From a virus (lineage: Duplodnaviria; Caudoviricetes): 51,079 nucleotides of DNA. The stretch lies in IMG/VR virus record IMGVR_UViG_3300028198_000454, positions 1 to 51,079 of that record. One strand, 5' to 3'. Below are positions 6,625 through 16,442 of this stretch, one piece after another. How positions within the stretch are numbered: position 1 is the first letter of the stretch; the number at the start of each line of letters is the position of its first letter. Under the pieces are notes generated by a model that was not told the origin of the DNA, did not search any database, and saw only the letters and a program-made list of their open reading frames with translations. A program made the position numbers and the translations under genes.

Positions 6625-7806
6625 CTACTTTCTTTCTACAAAATAAAAATGGTCTTTCTCCTCCCAGAAATCCTCGTGGTCGATGATTTGCATAAAGCTA
6701 TGATCGAAAGAAGGTATAGACTGATTTACAGAAACCGACATTTTACTCGGGTAGGCTTTGCCTCCGTGCAAAAGGAACTTATTGGATTTATAAAAGATTT
6801 TCTTTTTGTTTATGTTTTTTAATTCTTCGATACTGTCAATAGACATTTTGGGTATTATGTTTATCGGCTTATCTATATCTAAATAATTTATTTTATAACT
6901 ATCAGCCTTCTCTTTATCTTCTTTACTTAAAAGGCCAATGTTTATACCTTCGCGTATACAAAAAAGAACAAAGGAAGGGTCGTTGTCGTCATCTAGGAAA
7001 TATACGAGCTCTAATATTTTGTCTTTATGTTTCTTAATTATATCCTCGGATATAGGCTTATTTGTTACGATTGAGCATGGACAGATATCTAACTGTTTAA
7101 TTAAATTGTCTTCGCTAAAGTTATAGTCCATTCTTACTATTAAGCTATCTACCCCGACAGCCTTAATGTCGGCTATGGGGTTAGAGAGCGAGGATTCGAC
7201 TCTTCTATTAAGATATAGAGGTCCAACCTTTAAGGTTCTAAAGGCAAAAGAATGAAGTTTTCCTAAAAAACCCAAAATGCTTTCTGCGATTTTTTCCGGC
7301 CTAATTGAGTTAATAGTTTTAGGTTGTTCGCTAGGGTTAAAGCTCGGCTTCTTAGCGTAACCCTTAAGAGACACAACGTCTTGTCTGTTACTCCAGTACG
7401 GTTTAAACTGTTCGTAGAAAGAGTTAGAAAAAAGGGTGACTATTTTTTTGCCGTAAGAAGAAGCTATTTGCAGGGATAGATTGTTGATGCAAATATGAAG
7501 TTTCGACTTTTTGATGACATAAGCTTTTTGATTGATATCCGTCTGACCAACAGCGATATAGCATCCGGGTATATGGTCGTCGCCTTTATTTCCTAATTGC
7601 ACTACTTGAATTTTCATTTGCCTTAAGTAGGGCGTTAAAAAATCTAAAACCAGTGGCCAATGATCGTATTTATTAGCGTCGTCCGTACTTGACGCATCCA
7701 AGGTAATGTAATCTCCTGACGTAGCCATAGGAAAATACTTCTCGTAAAGATAAGGTTTATCTATTTTAAGATTATCTTGTAAAGCGTATGATTCTAGAAT
7801 GTGCAT
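6625..7806 (-). CDS. glycosyltransferase family 9-like C-terminal half plus extra domain
   Basis: KYDHW..V...VVQLG...Q.AYVIKKSKLHI...IASSYGKKIVTLF pattern. Confidence 0.65.
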   Translation of the reverse strand: MHILESYALQDNLKIDKPYLYEKYFPMATSGDYITLDASSTDDANKYDHWPLVLDFLTPYLRQMKIQVVQLGNKGDDHIPGCYIAVGQTDINQKAYVIKKSKLHICINNLSLQIASSYGKKIVTLFSNSFYEQFKPYWSNRQDVVSLKGYAKKPSFNPSEQPKTINSIRPEKIAESILGFLGKLHSFAFRTLKVGPLYLNRRVESSLSNPIADIKAVGVDSLIVRMDYNFSEDNLIKQLDICPCSIVTNKPISEDIIKKHKDKILELVYFLDDDNDPSFVLFCIREGINIGLLSKEDKEKADSYKINYLDIDKPINIIPKMSIDSIEELKNINKKKIFYKSNKFLLHGGKAYPSKMSVSVNQSIPSFDHSFMQIIDHEDFWEEKDHFYFVERK

Positions 7807-9707
7807 ATATAGTCTTTATCTATGGAATCTTTCATATTGTGAATATAATTAGAAAACTTTTGAGTCGTAAGATATGGGGCGAAAACCATACAGAAATGCT
7901 CTTTACTCTCCCCGGCTCCTTCTAGGACTAGAACATTATCAAAAGACTCGTTGTAAGGTATTAATTTATGAACGTACTCGTTGGCTGATAATAGAGGGAA
8001 GTTTTCTGGTTTGGTTGATACGTATAAATTATAATTAGGGTATTTCTCTTTCAGAGACTTGAATAAAGAGGTGGAAAGGAAGACGTCTTTATCCGAACCC
8101 GGCATAATGTAAAGCATCCTTTTGTCTTCGTCATCTTTATCCAAGAGGTCTTCGATCTTGATAGGGAAATGTTTATCGTTATGGTCTTTCGCTACTTTTC
8201 TGAAATACTCTTCGATATTTTTTCTAGGCGTTTTATTCGAAATCTGCTGCATCCAGTATTTGTGACCGTCATCATGGATATTATTTTTAGTGTTTAATAC
8301 CTTATCGTAAAGAGCTAGTATCCACTCAGAGTCGTCTGGAATATTTTCAACAAAAGCGTCAGGAAAGTTTTTTTTCTCTTCCTCTTTTACTTCTTCGAAT
8401 TCGTAGTTAGCGGGCTCGGAGTTATCTACAAAGTCTTCGATGATTTTTCCTATAACTTCGACAGAAAAACCATCTACAACCCATTGTCTGGCCATTTTGC
8501 CAAGAGACTCTCTTTCTTCTTTTGGCATTTTATATACTTTTAATAGGTTTTCGTATATAGAATTAGGGCAAGTAGTCGCTTTAATGAATTCGGTTTGATG
8601 CTCAATATACTTATTCCAGTCTAAAGCGATAGAGCCTGACCCCTCTTCGCATTGCTCTTCTCCGCAGCTATAGTTGGTGACCAGAGTGATGAGTTCCGTA
8701 AGCTTTGCTTCCTGAATGGGTATTTCTTGCCCGCCGCTTGTAAAAGGATGACAATAAACATCCATTAAGTTGTAAATTTCATTTAGTTGATCCTCGTTTA
8801 CTCCCCCACCAACGTTAGTCGTATTTTGTCCTTTCTCTTTTCCGCAAAGATCACAGGTTTGCTCTTGCCCTACAAAACTTTTAACCTTATATCCGTAGCA
8901 ATTCTTGCAGTAATAGGTTGTTAAAATGTCGTCCTTGGAGATGCCATGCTCTTCTGCTAGTTTATGGATGTTCCAGCCTTCTCCCCAATGCGTATGAAGC
9001 AGAAGCTTCGATTTCGGGACATCCGCTTGAAACTTCTTAAACCCTTCCATTAGGTTGGGGACAGATTTACGGAGCTGATTTCTAAATACAAACCCAACGA
9101 TATACGTATCCTCTTGAATAGTGTTATTTGACCGAATCTCGCTCCTTTTTTCGTCGCTTAATCTATAAAAATTTTTAGTTTCGAGGCATCCATGAACTGT
9201 TTTTACATGCTTGTGGCCTTTTTCGTGCAGTGCTTTAGTGGCAAAGTTACTCCAAATCCAGTAATTCTTTATTTTTGGAGCATTTCCTATAGCAGATGGC
9301 AAAATAGGCAAAGAGTCTAGAGTCGTCCAGATTACAGAATTTATTTTATCGAACCAAGGTTTACTAATGGCGAATTCAGTACCCCAAATGTCCTGTACCC
9401 CGAAGTAAACATCGGGCTTCTCTTCTTTGATTACTCTATCAATCAAGTGGGCTCCGTAGCTCGCCAAGCGAGCTTGACCGGGGTCTTTATTTAGCTCTAC
9501 AAGCTGATTCTGGTCGTCAGGCAAAGTCCCAACCGACTTCCAAGGGGTTTTTTGAAGCGCAGGAGAAGAATAAGCGGTGCCGCAACAATAGCTTACTATT
9601 TCGTATTTTTCTGTTTTATATAAATAAGAAAGAAGAGCTTTAGTGTTTCTTCCAAAGCCCGTTTTAGCTAAAGCTGAATCTGACTGAAATAGAATCTTTT
9701 TCTTCAC
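7794..9707 (-). CDS. GT4-like glycosyltransferase fused to GT9-like N-terminal half
   Basis: TGFG, RNQLRKS, EIYNLMDVY, GGQEIPIQEA; C-terminal DVFLSTSLFKSLKEKYP. Confidence 0.8.
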   Translation of the reverse strand: MKKKILFQSDSALAKTGFGRNTKALLSYLYKTEKYEIVSYCCGTAYSSPALQKTPWKSVGTLPDDQNQLVELNKDPGQARLASYGAHLIDRVIKEEKPDVYFGVQDIWGTEFAISKPWFDKINSVIWTTLDSLPILPSAIGNAPKIKNYWIWSNFATKALHEKGHKHVKTVHGCLETKNFYRLSDEKRSEIRSNNTIQEDTYIVGFVFRNQLRKSVPNLMEGFKKFQADVPKSKLLLHTHWGEGWNIHKLAEEHGISKDDILTTYYCKNCYGYKVKSFVGQEQTCDLCGKEKGQNTTNVGGGVNEDQLNEIYNLMDVYCHPFTSGGQEIPIQEAKLTELITLVTNYSCGEEQCEEGSGSIALDWNKYIEHQTEFIKATTCPNSIYENLLKVYKMPKEERESLGKMARQWVVDGFSVEVIGKIIEDFVDNSEPANYEFEEVKEEEKKNFPDAFVENIPDDSEWILALYDKVLNTKNNIHDDGHKYWMQQISNKTPRKNIEEYFRKVAKDHNDKHFPIKIEDLLDKDDEDKRMLYIMPGSDKDVFLSTSLFKSLKEKYPNYNLYVSTKPENFPLLSANEYVHKLIPYNESFDNVLVLEGAGESKEHFCMVFAPYLTTQKFSNYIHNMKDSIDKDYICTF

Positions 9708-9710
9708 GAA

Positions 9711-10208
9711 TTAGAATTCTCTTTCTTTGTTTTTCGCGGCTTGGCTTCTGGCGATAGCTTCGTTGTTTTCTTTGATTGAGGCCGAGGAATAAAGGCTCAA
9801 GCCAGTAAGTAAATACTGTTTTAGGAACTTGGACTCTCCAAATGTAAAGCTAATGGAATAACTTTTCTTATCCCCTTCTTTTGGCATCTTGGTGAGCGTA
9901 AAAGCAAAACCGTCCTTTTTATCATCTTTCATCTTTGCCTTAAAGGAGAAAGACGTATTCTCTTTTGGGGTCTTATGGAAGCTTGAAAATTCCCTGCCGC
10001 TTTCGATACAGTCGATAAACGAACCTATTTCAGAGGGAGTAAATTTACAGGCAGATCTAGTGCTGGTGTCAAACTTGCCTTTGCTGTTTTCCTTATCCCA
10101 GCTAAGCTGTTTTAAAAGCTGGATATAAAAAGACTTATCTGTGGAATTGTAGGAAAAGCTACAGCAACAACCAGTATTCCATTGATTTGGCTTATAAAAA
10201 TGAATCAT
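9711..10208 (-). CDS. hypothetical protein, possibly ssDNA-binding
   Basis: 165 aa aromatic/basic beta-rich ORF next to the polymerase; function is a guess. Confidence 0.6.
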   Translation of the reverse strand: MIHFYKPNQWNTGCCCSFSYNSTDKSFYIQLLKQLSWDKENSKGKFDTSTRSACKFTPSEIGSFIDCIESGREFSSFHKTPKENTSFSFKAKMKDDKKDGFAFTLTKMPKEGDKKSYSISFTFGESKFLKQYLLTGLSLYSSASIKENNEAIARSQAAKNKEREF

Positions 10209-10240
10209 AATCTACGTGTTTATTATATAAAAAAGCTTAA

Positions 10241-12949
10241 TTAAATCAAATTTTTCTCGTCGTTTTTCAACTGCCCAAGTTTCATGTAGATCTTAGAATC
10301 TTCAACTGTTACGAAGTCAGCGAAAACGGCATCGTTGTTTTTAATGCCTTTCACGAGAACTATATTTTTCTTATCGGGCAGGGTTCCTCGGTTATATTCT
10401 TTGCAGTCGTCTATGCTTTTCTTCCACTTATTATTAAAAAGAAGAACGTCGACGGTGTCGGTCTCGTCTTTTATTGTAAAACGGGCATATTCGTTATTAC
10501 TTCTGGATTTTTTTAGGCCCGTGGCGTCTTCTATTGTACCGACAAAGAAAACCTTATCCTTGTTCTCCATATCTTTAATATCTTGTATTTGATTTAGCCT
10601 AGGTTGTTTTTCTATAAAAATATCTCTTAGAGAAACCCCGTGAGTATACCCCAATAGTTCGTTTTCGTAATACCAGTTGGCAAAATCCTCATTTTTTTTA
10701 TTTATAGAATAAATGTTAAGGTAGGGCTCGTACCTTTTCTTCATTGTTTGTATTCTGGAGTCTTTAATATATCTTTTACCGTCTTCGTCGACCTTGACTT
10801 TCATGTGATTTATAACATTTACTAAGTCGCCGTTCCCTTGTTGCGCGAACTTTAGGGCCGTAATCCTTTCTCTGGGCGTTAGAAGCTTCCAGAGCTGGCA
10901 CTCTAGGACTATTTTACTGCGGCTATACTTATCCCCCATGTCGAGGGCGCCAGCTTGTATCAAAGCCGACAAGACCCCCAAATTTATCCCCGCTTCAGTC
11001 GAGGCTTGAAAAACTTCAAACTTATTAGATGTGTGAGTTTTGAAAGAGTTGAGTTTTTTAATAGAGCTATTTGATATCCCTTTAATAGATATTAACCCGA
11101 ATCTAATATCGTTTCCTTCGATTGAGAAATCGTCTTTGGATTTTAGGATGTCGGGTCGAAGCAGCTTAATTCCGAAATGGGGCAGTTCCCTGTGTATTTT
11201 TGAGATTTCTGCGATAGGGTCTGGTTCAAACTTTGTCATTTGCAAGAGCGCCAGAAAGAACTCTTTGGGATAGTTGAATTTTAGGTATGCGGTCGTAGCC
11301 GCTAAAGCGGCGTAGGCTATAGAGTGGGACTTGTTGAACGAATAGTTCGCCGAGTCCTCTAACACGCTCCAGAGAACGTCTCCAACGTCCACAGAGCCTT
11401 TGTTTCCCATCCACTCGCTAGACAGCCTGTTCTTTTTTACCTTTTCTCTGATCTTCTTTTTCCATTTTTTAACTTCCTTAATTTTTTTCTTGCCAACGAT
11501 ACGTCTCAGCACTTCGGCTTCGTCAAGAGTGAAACCAATTTTATGAGCCATCTGCATTAACTGTTCTTGATACAATGCAACGCCTCCTGTGCTTTTGAGG
11601 ATTTCGTCAAATAGTGGGTGAATAGGCTCGTAAACGTCATCGTTGGTATAGCTAGCGTACTGGTCAACAAAAGTTAAAGCTCCCGGTCTACCAAGCGCAA
11701 GCACAGCGCTTAATTCTTCTAGGTTTTTTGGTTTAACTTTTTGACAGACTCGGAAGTTGGTATCTGCTTCAACCTGAAATATCCCCTGCGGCCTTTTTAG
11801 GTCGTAAAGGTTTTGGTAGATACTCTTGTGTTCTAGATCTATATCTTCAACATCTATGCCTATTAGCTTGCAAGCTTGGTCAACTACGGAAACTGTCCTT
11901 AATCCTAGAACGTCGAGCTTGACATTGAAAATGGAAGCCCAGTCCATATTATAAGCAGAAATTTTATCTTTGTCAGAGTCTAGTTCTATGGGGCAGCTTT
12001 CTACTATTTGATCATAAGAAAGTAGTATGGCCGAAGGGTGTACTCCTTTGTTTTTTACGAGTCCTCTAAGCTTCAATGCAGTTTTAAAAGTTTTTGGGTT
12101 TTTATCGCACCAATCTTTAAAGTCATCTACCTCTTCGTAGGTTTCTTTGATATCTTTTACTTGCCCGAAAACCTTGGGGATCATTCCGGAAATGCGATTC
12201 ATTTCTACCTCCGGTTTGTCTTCTACTATTTTACCGCATTCTTTTATAACCAGCTTTCCGCTGAGGGTGTTAAGAGTTCTGATCTTGGAGGTTTTGCCCG
12301 AAAATTCCTCTTCTAGGTATTTTAATACTTCTTTGCGTCTATAGTAACAGACGTCCATGTCTATATCGCACATCAAAGAACCGTCTAAGTAGGTTACTCC
12401 GTCAACTTCTTTTTTCTTGGCTCGGATTTTTGATACAAAGCGCTCGAAAAACAAATCGTGTTTAACGGAATCTATTTTCGTAACACCAAGAAGAAATAAT
12501 ATAAAGCTGCCTGCGGCTGATCCCCGACCCAAGCCGACAGGAATATCTTTCTGTTTGCAGAAGTAGATTACCTTCCAAACCAAAAGAATATAATCAACAA
12601 ACCCTAGGCTTTTCAGGATATCAAGCTCGTAGTAAATTCTATCTGTGTATTTCTTGTGTTTTTTTGAGCCTTTTTTAAGGTCTAGTTTCTTAAATCCCTT
12701 TTGGCAAAGGGCAATTAGGAAATCGTAAGTATTTTTTATTTTTTCAGGATTATCTATTAAGCTTAGATATTCCTTTTCTATTGTAAATTCAGGAAGCCTT
12801 ACACCGTGGATGTTTAGATCAAGCTTCTCAAATTGATCCTCGAAGCTACTCTTTTTTCTTTGGGGGTCTGCCGCGCTTTTTCTTTGCGGCGGGTTTGCCG
12901 CGCTTTTTCTTTGCGGGCTTTGCTTTTTGTTTTCTTTCACTGTCTCCAT
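10241..12949 (-). CDS. dnaE: DNA polymerase III alpha catalytic core (no PHP domain)
   Basis: GRGSAAGS, FERF, DIDMD, KLDVLGL, YQEQLM, YSFNKSHS, C-terminal OB fold; start uncertain. Confidence 0.95.
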   Translation of the reverse strand: METVKENKKQSPQRKSAANPPQRKSAADPQRKKSSFEDQFEKLDLNIHGVRLPEFTIEKEYLSLIDNPEKIKNTYDFLIALCQKGFKKLDLKKGSKKHKKYTDRIYYELDILKSLGFVDYILLVWKVIYFCKQKDIPVGLGRGSAAGSFILFLLGVTKIDSVKHDLFFERFVSKIRAKKKEVDGVTYLDGSLMCDIDMDVCYYRRKEVLKYLEEEFSGKTSKIRTLNTLSGKLVIKECGKIVEDKPEVEMNRISGMIPKVFGQVKDIKETYEEVDDFKDWCDKNPKTFKTALKLRGLVKNKGVHPSAILLSYDQIVESCPIELDSDKDKISAYNMDWASIFNVKLDVLGLRTVSVVDQACKLIGIDVEDIDLEHKSIYQNLYDLKRPQGIFQVEADTNFRVCQKVKPKNLEELSAVLALGRPGALTFVDQYASYTNDDVYEPIHPLFDEILKSTGGVALYQEQLMQMAHKIGFTLDEAEVLRRIVGKKKIKEVKKWKKKIREKVKKNRLSSEWMGNKGSVDVGDVLWSVLEDSANYSFNKSHSIAYAALAATTAYLKFNYPKEFFLALLQMTKFEPDPIAEISKIHRELPHFGIKLLRPDILKSKDDFSIEGNDIRFGLISIKGISNSSIKKLNSFKTHTSNKFEVFQASTEAGINLGVLSALIQAGALDMGDKYSRSKIVLECQLWKLLTPRERITALKFAQQGNGDLVNVINHMKVKVDEDGKRYIKDSRIQTMKKRYEPYLNIYSINKKNEDFANWYYENELLGYTHGVSLRDIFIEKQPRLNQIQDIKDMENKDKVFFVGTIEDATGLKKSRSNNEYARFTIKDETDTVDVLLFNNKWKKSIDDCKEYNRGTLPDKKNIVLVKGIKNNDAVFADFVTVEDSKIYMKLGQLKNDEKNLI

Positions 12950-13139
12950 CTTCCAGTATTATGGTATCTATCGTTTCTTTAACTAGCTTTAAAGTTTTTT
13001 TGCTTTCTGCATCAAATTTATAAAATAGATCTACTTTGTCTTGGTTTGCGCCTTTGCGCACAACCAGTATCATATAGTCAACGCTAGCTTCTTCGTCAAG
13101 TTTTTCTATTAAATCGTAAGCAAAGTCCATGCTTGGCAT
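12846..13139 (-). CDS. small protein with AT-hook-like basic tail
   Basis: KKKRGKPAAKKKRGRPPKK. Confidence 0.75.
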   Translation of the reverse strand: MPSMDFAYDLIEKLDEEASVDYMILVVRKGANQDKVDLFYKFDAESKKTLKLVKETIDTIILEDGDSERKQKAKPAKKKRGKPAAKKKRGRPPKKKE

Positions 13140-13156
13140 AATATCGTATTATACCG

Positions 13157-13780
13157 CTAAATTCTATCCATTTCTAATTTAAGTTTCTTCCAGACGCCAA
13201 GATTTAAGTATAAATCATTCAGTGCGTCGTGCAATTTGCTAGCGTCATGCTCTATACTGTAGTATTTTCCAAGCTCTCCTAGGCTTGTCCTTGTCCCTTT
13301 CTTCCGGTAATTCAGCATTTTATACTGATATTGAAAGAATGGGCTTTCTTGCTTTTTAAAGTAATGCCCCGATTTTAAGCCTCTCGCTATAGACAGGGTA
13401 TCTATCGACTTCTCGAAAAAGTGGTTGTATGGCTTGTTGTGTATTTTGCACCAGCCTCTCATTAGGTACATGTCAAAGCCTAAAATATTATGCCCAACAA
13501 TATAGTCGCAAGAGTCGAGCCAGTTATAAACGTCATCGAAAACTTCAGATTCGTGTTTTGCTGTTTTGTCAAATTTTTTCTGACTAAAGTTCGTGATCTT
13601 TTTTGCTTCTTCAGAAATAGACAGATCGCAATCCCATTTTATCATTTCGTCGAAGGAGTCTACCGTCTGACCTTTCTTAACTTTTAGCATAGCGACCTGC
13701 CAAGGGCGGTTGCTGAAGAAGTTTAGGTTTACGTTAAAGGTTTCAAAATCAATAAAAACTAAATTTGCATTTTTATCCAT
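13157..13780 (-). CDS. dnaQ: DEDDh 3'-5' exonuclease (DnaQ-like)
   Basis: FIDFET, VGHNILGFD, LHDALND. Confidence 0.9.
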   Translation of the reverse strand: MDKNANLVFIDFETFNVNLNFFSNRPWQVAMLKVKKGQTVDSFDEMIKWDCDLSISEEAKKITNFSQKKFDKTAKHESEVFDDVYNWLDSCDYIVGHNILGFDMYLMRGWCKIHNKPYNHFFEKSIDTLSIARGLKSGHYFKKQESPFFQYQYKMLNYRKKGTRTSLGELGKYYSIEHDASKLHDALNDLYLNLGVWKKLKLEMDRI

Positions 13781-14555
13781 TCACTACCTCCTTCCAACTT
13801 TCAAAGCTAAAATTGTCAGAACACATGTGGTCAAAGTTGGGTTTACTTAAAGTCTTTTTCGCTCGTCCCGGATTGGAGTCGGAAATACATCTAAAGGTCA
13901 TATAGTGCGGAAAGTCTGATCTGTTTTTATAATATATACTTTTTGTCTTTTGAATGTAATACTTGTCGCCGCAGTAGCTTTCTACGTCACTCTTTAAGGC
14001 TTTGTCGAAAGGCAGGTCGTTGTCCTCTATGAAAAACGTAGGAGATATTTGAGAAAAGTCTGGAACAAAATTACCTAAGTCAAACTTATTGCGATGAATG
14101 AAAGAGTCGTAAAACGGAATTATTAAACTTAAGGATGAATCATCCCAGTATTTATGCAAGGTTTCAAAGTCTATTCTAGGGATATAATAAAAGCCATCTG
14201 TAGAAGCCTCTGTATATATTTTAAGTAAAAGCTCGTACCCTGTTTTGTTTTTACAAAATATAATACATTTGGATTCGTCTTTTAATTTATCCTTATCTTT
14301 GTCGTTCATATCCCGACACAAGGTGACTCTCAAGCCAAATCTCATGTCGAGATTGTTGCTTACAGAATTATAGTACCCTTCGAGGAAACCTGTCATTCCG
14401 TCTTCGATTAAATAAAAAGTTTTTAGCTTATTATCTAAACAAATATCTATTACAGAATCCGGCCCCGTAGCGTCAGAAGACCCAGCGTCGGCCAGAGTAA
14501 GTATGGATTTACCGATACTATAGTGAGATTTAAAAAGTGGCAATACCTCGTGCAT
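13773..14555 (-). CDS. stand-alone PHP domain of DNA polymerase III alpha
   Basis: SHYSIGKSIL, KNKTGYELL...S.DGFYYIPRID. Confidence 0.85.
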   Translation of the reverse strand: MHEVLPLFKSHYSIGKSILTLADAGSSDATGPDSVIDICLDNKLKTFYLIEDGMTGFLEGYYNSVSNNLDMRFGLRVTLCRDMNDKDKDKLKDESKCIIFCKNKTGYELLLKIYTEASTDGFYYIPRIDFETLHKYWDDSSLSLIIPFYDSFIHRNKFDLGNFVPDFSQISPTFFIEDNDLPFDKALKSDVESYCGDKYYIQKTKSIYYKNRSDFPHYMTFRCISDSNPGRAKKTLSKPNFDHMCSDNFSFESWKEVVNG

Positions 14556-14564
14556 TACGAAGTG

Positions 14565-14593
14565 ATTGTAGTTGAGTTCTGCTTACGTGTCAA
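14565..14593 (-). promoter_or_regulatory. sigma70 promoter for polymerase operon
   Basis: TTGACA-17-TACAAT, 9 nt before the ATG. Confidence 0.75.
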
Positions 14594-15567
14594 GAAAAAA
14601 TATCAAGTATTTCTCCTTTTCCTTGGTGCCTCGGGCAACCTTCGTAAGTTCTCTTTTCGATTTTAAAGCCTTTTTCAAGGAGTTTTTCCAGCTCTTCTTC
14701 TTTGAGGCTCGAAGAAATCTGTTCATTTTTATCGTTTAAGAGTACGAAATAGTCATAAGCGTCAATGTAGGGACATCTCCATTTTCCTATTTTACAAAGC
14801 CAAGCGTCTTTCTTTTTGTCGGCGGCATAATTCGCCTTAGCGTCTTCTTCGGTGAAGTTATTTATCGCGGTGAACGCGTGACCTAGGTAGTGCTCGAACC
14901 CTTTAAGCTGTTCTTCTGTAAATTCAAGCTGTTGAACGGGGCTTCTGGGGAATCTTAAAAATAAAAACTCTGCGGTCGGTTTGAACTTGGGCCAGTGCTT
15001 CTTAGCGGCCAAAGTGTAGGTCATGGCCTGAACGTTTGAATGGAGTTCTTCGCCTCTGAATTTATATTTGCTGCTTTTATAATCTACAATTTTTATTTTT
15101 TTGCCGCGCTTATAAACTATTGGCTTATCTATGAAACCTCTTATTTTATATTTCGGGTCATCATTTTCGAGTAAAAATTCAAATTCTGGATTATCAACTT
15201 TTCCTCCCCATCCAAAGAAGTCGTACTTTAATCCGACCATTATCATGTCCCTGACCAAGTTAACGTTTTCGTCGTTAGTCATCGGCAAATCTGAAGACTT
15301 CTCCATAGCCGTTAAGTGTTTCATTACCAACCTAACTACCGCAGGGCTTCCGTCGATGGTTCCTTCCTCTGTAATTCTATCGAAGTGTTTTTTATGCCTT
15401 GGTTTAACGAGCATCTCGAACACTAGATGGCATACAGTTCCTCTTTGAGCCCCTTCATTCTGCTTCTGAGGAAGTTTTAGGATGTAGTTGCACCAGTAAG
15501 TCCACCCGCAGGTTTCTAGGGTTTTAAGGCGAGAAGCCGAGAGGATTTTTTCTATTTGTTTTGCCAT
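14590..15567 (-). CDS. PD-(D/E)XK RecB/Cas4-like exonuclease
   Basis: LSASRL..C, RGT..H, IRGFID, IVDYKS, Q...Y, C-terminal cysteines. Confidence 0.88.
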   Translation of the reverse strand: MAKQIEKILSASRLKTLETCGWTYWCNYILKLPQKQNEGAQRGTVCHLVFEMLVKPRHKKHFDRITEEGTIDGSPAVVRLVMKHLTAMEKSSDLPMTNDENVNLVRDMIMVGLKYDFFGWGGKVDNPEFEFLLENDDPKYKIRGFIDKPIVYKRGKKIKIVDYKSSKYKFRGEELHSNVQAMTYTLAAKKHWPKFKPTAEFLFLRFPRSPVQQLEFTEEQLKGFEHYLGHAFTAINNFTEEDAKANYAADKKKDAWLCKIGKWRCPYIDAYDYFVLLNDKNEQISSSLKEEELEKLLEKGFKIEKRTYEGCPRHQGKGEILDIFS

Positions 15568-16442
15568 TCTATAATTTCTTTTTTATCCATACAACCGAAG
15601 TCGTTTTTTACAGGAAGCTTTGTCTGAACAGTTTCTTCGTCGAAATGTTTTGTTAAAATTTTATACATTGCCTCAGAGGCTTGGTTTCCAGCCCCTTCTT
15701 TTCCCCCGTCATTATTTAGGGCTATTATAATCCTTTTTGGGTTAAGTCTCAAAATTGTAGATAGCAATCGAGAACCAAGCTTAACTCCGTGCGTGACAGT
15801 GCAGTTTTTGATACCGGCCTCCCACAAAGAAAGCATATCTCCAATGCTTTCCACTATTATTATTTCCTCCGCTTGTTTTATAATTTTATAATTTATCTGA
15901 AGCGGGTACGCCCATTTAGAAGTTGAGCCTTGATGAAGCCATTTTATAGGATTTTTTCCGCTTACGTCTCTTCCGGTTACTCCAATCAGCTTGCCTCTGC
16001 TGTTAAAAATAGGAAAAAGATATCTTTGGTAGAACGTGCCTCTAGTAGCTACCCCACCTTGGAAAAGCTCAAGGGTTTCTATGCTTACGCCTCTTTTATT
16101 CCAGTAGGAATAGTCTTGAACTAAGTTGAGTAAAAGCTCTTTAGGTAAAAATTTATCACATTCCAGTTTGGTTTGTTTCTTCTTAGGTTTGACAAAATCA
16201 TAATTTTTATAAATGTAAGACTTTGCCTGATCTAAAGTTTGCACTCCTAGAGTTAGCCTAACTAGCTCCTCGAATGGCCCCGCTTTACAGGCTTTGAAGT
16301 CGGTAAACCATCCAGTGTCTTTGTAGACTCTTAGAACAGAGCTACTGCTTGAGTCTCTATACAAGGGGTTCATTCTAAACTCCCGACCATTATCGTGAAC
16401 GACGTATCCTAAATCGTCTAAAATATCTCTTATGTCATTCAT
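15552..16442 (-). CDS. dnaG: DNA primase (TOPRIM)
   Basis: FPIFN..G..GR, IVESIGD, ALNND, NDFG; adjacent to helicase. Confidence 0.85.
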   Translation of the reverse strand: MNDIRDILDDLGYVVHDNGREFRMNPLYRDSSSSSVLRVYKDTGWFTDFKACKAGPFEELVRLTLGVQTLDQAKSYIYKNYDFVKPKKKQTKLECDKFLPKELLLNLVQDYSYWNKRGVSIETLELFQGGVATRGTFYQRYLFPIFNSRGKLIGVTGRDVSGKNPIKWLHQGSTSKWAYPLQINYKIIKQAEEIIIVESIGDMLSLWEAGIKNCTVTHGVKLGSRLLSTILRLNPKRIIIALNNDGGKEGAGNQASEAMYKILTKHFDEETVQTKLPVKNDFGCMDKKEIIEWQNK

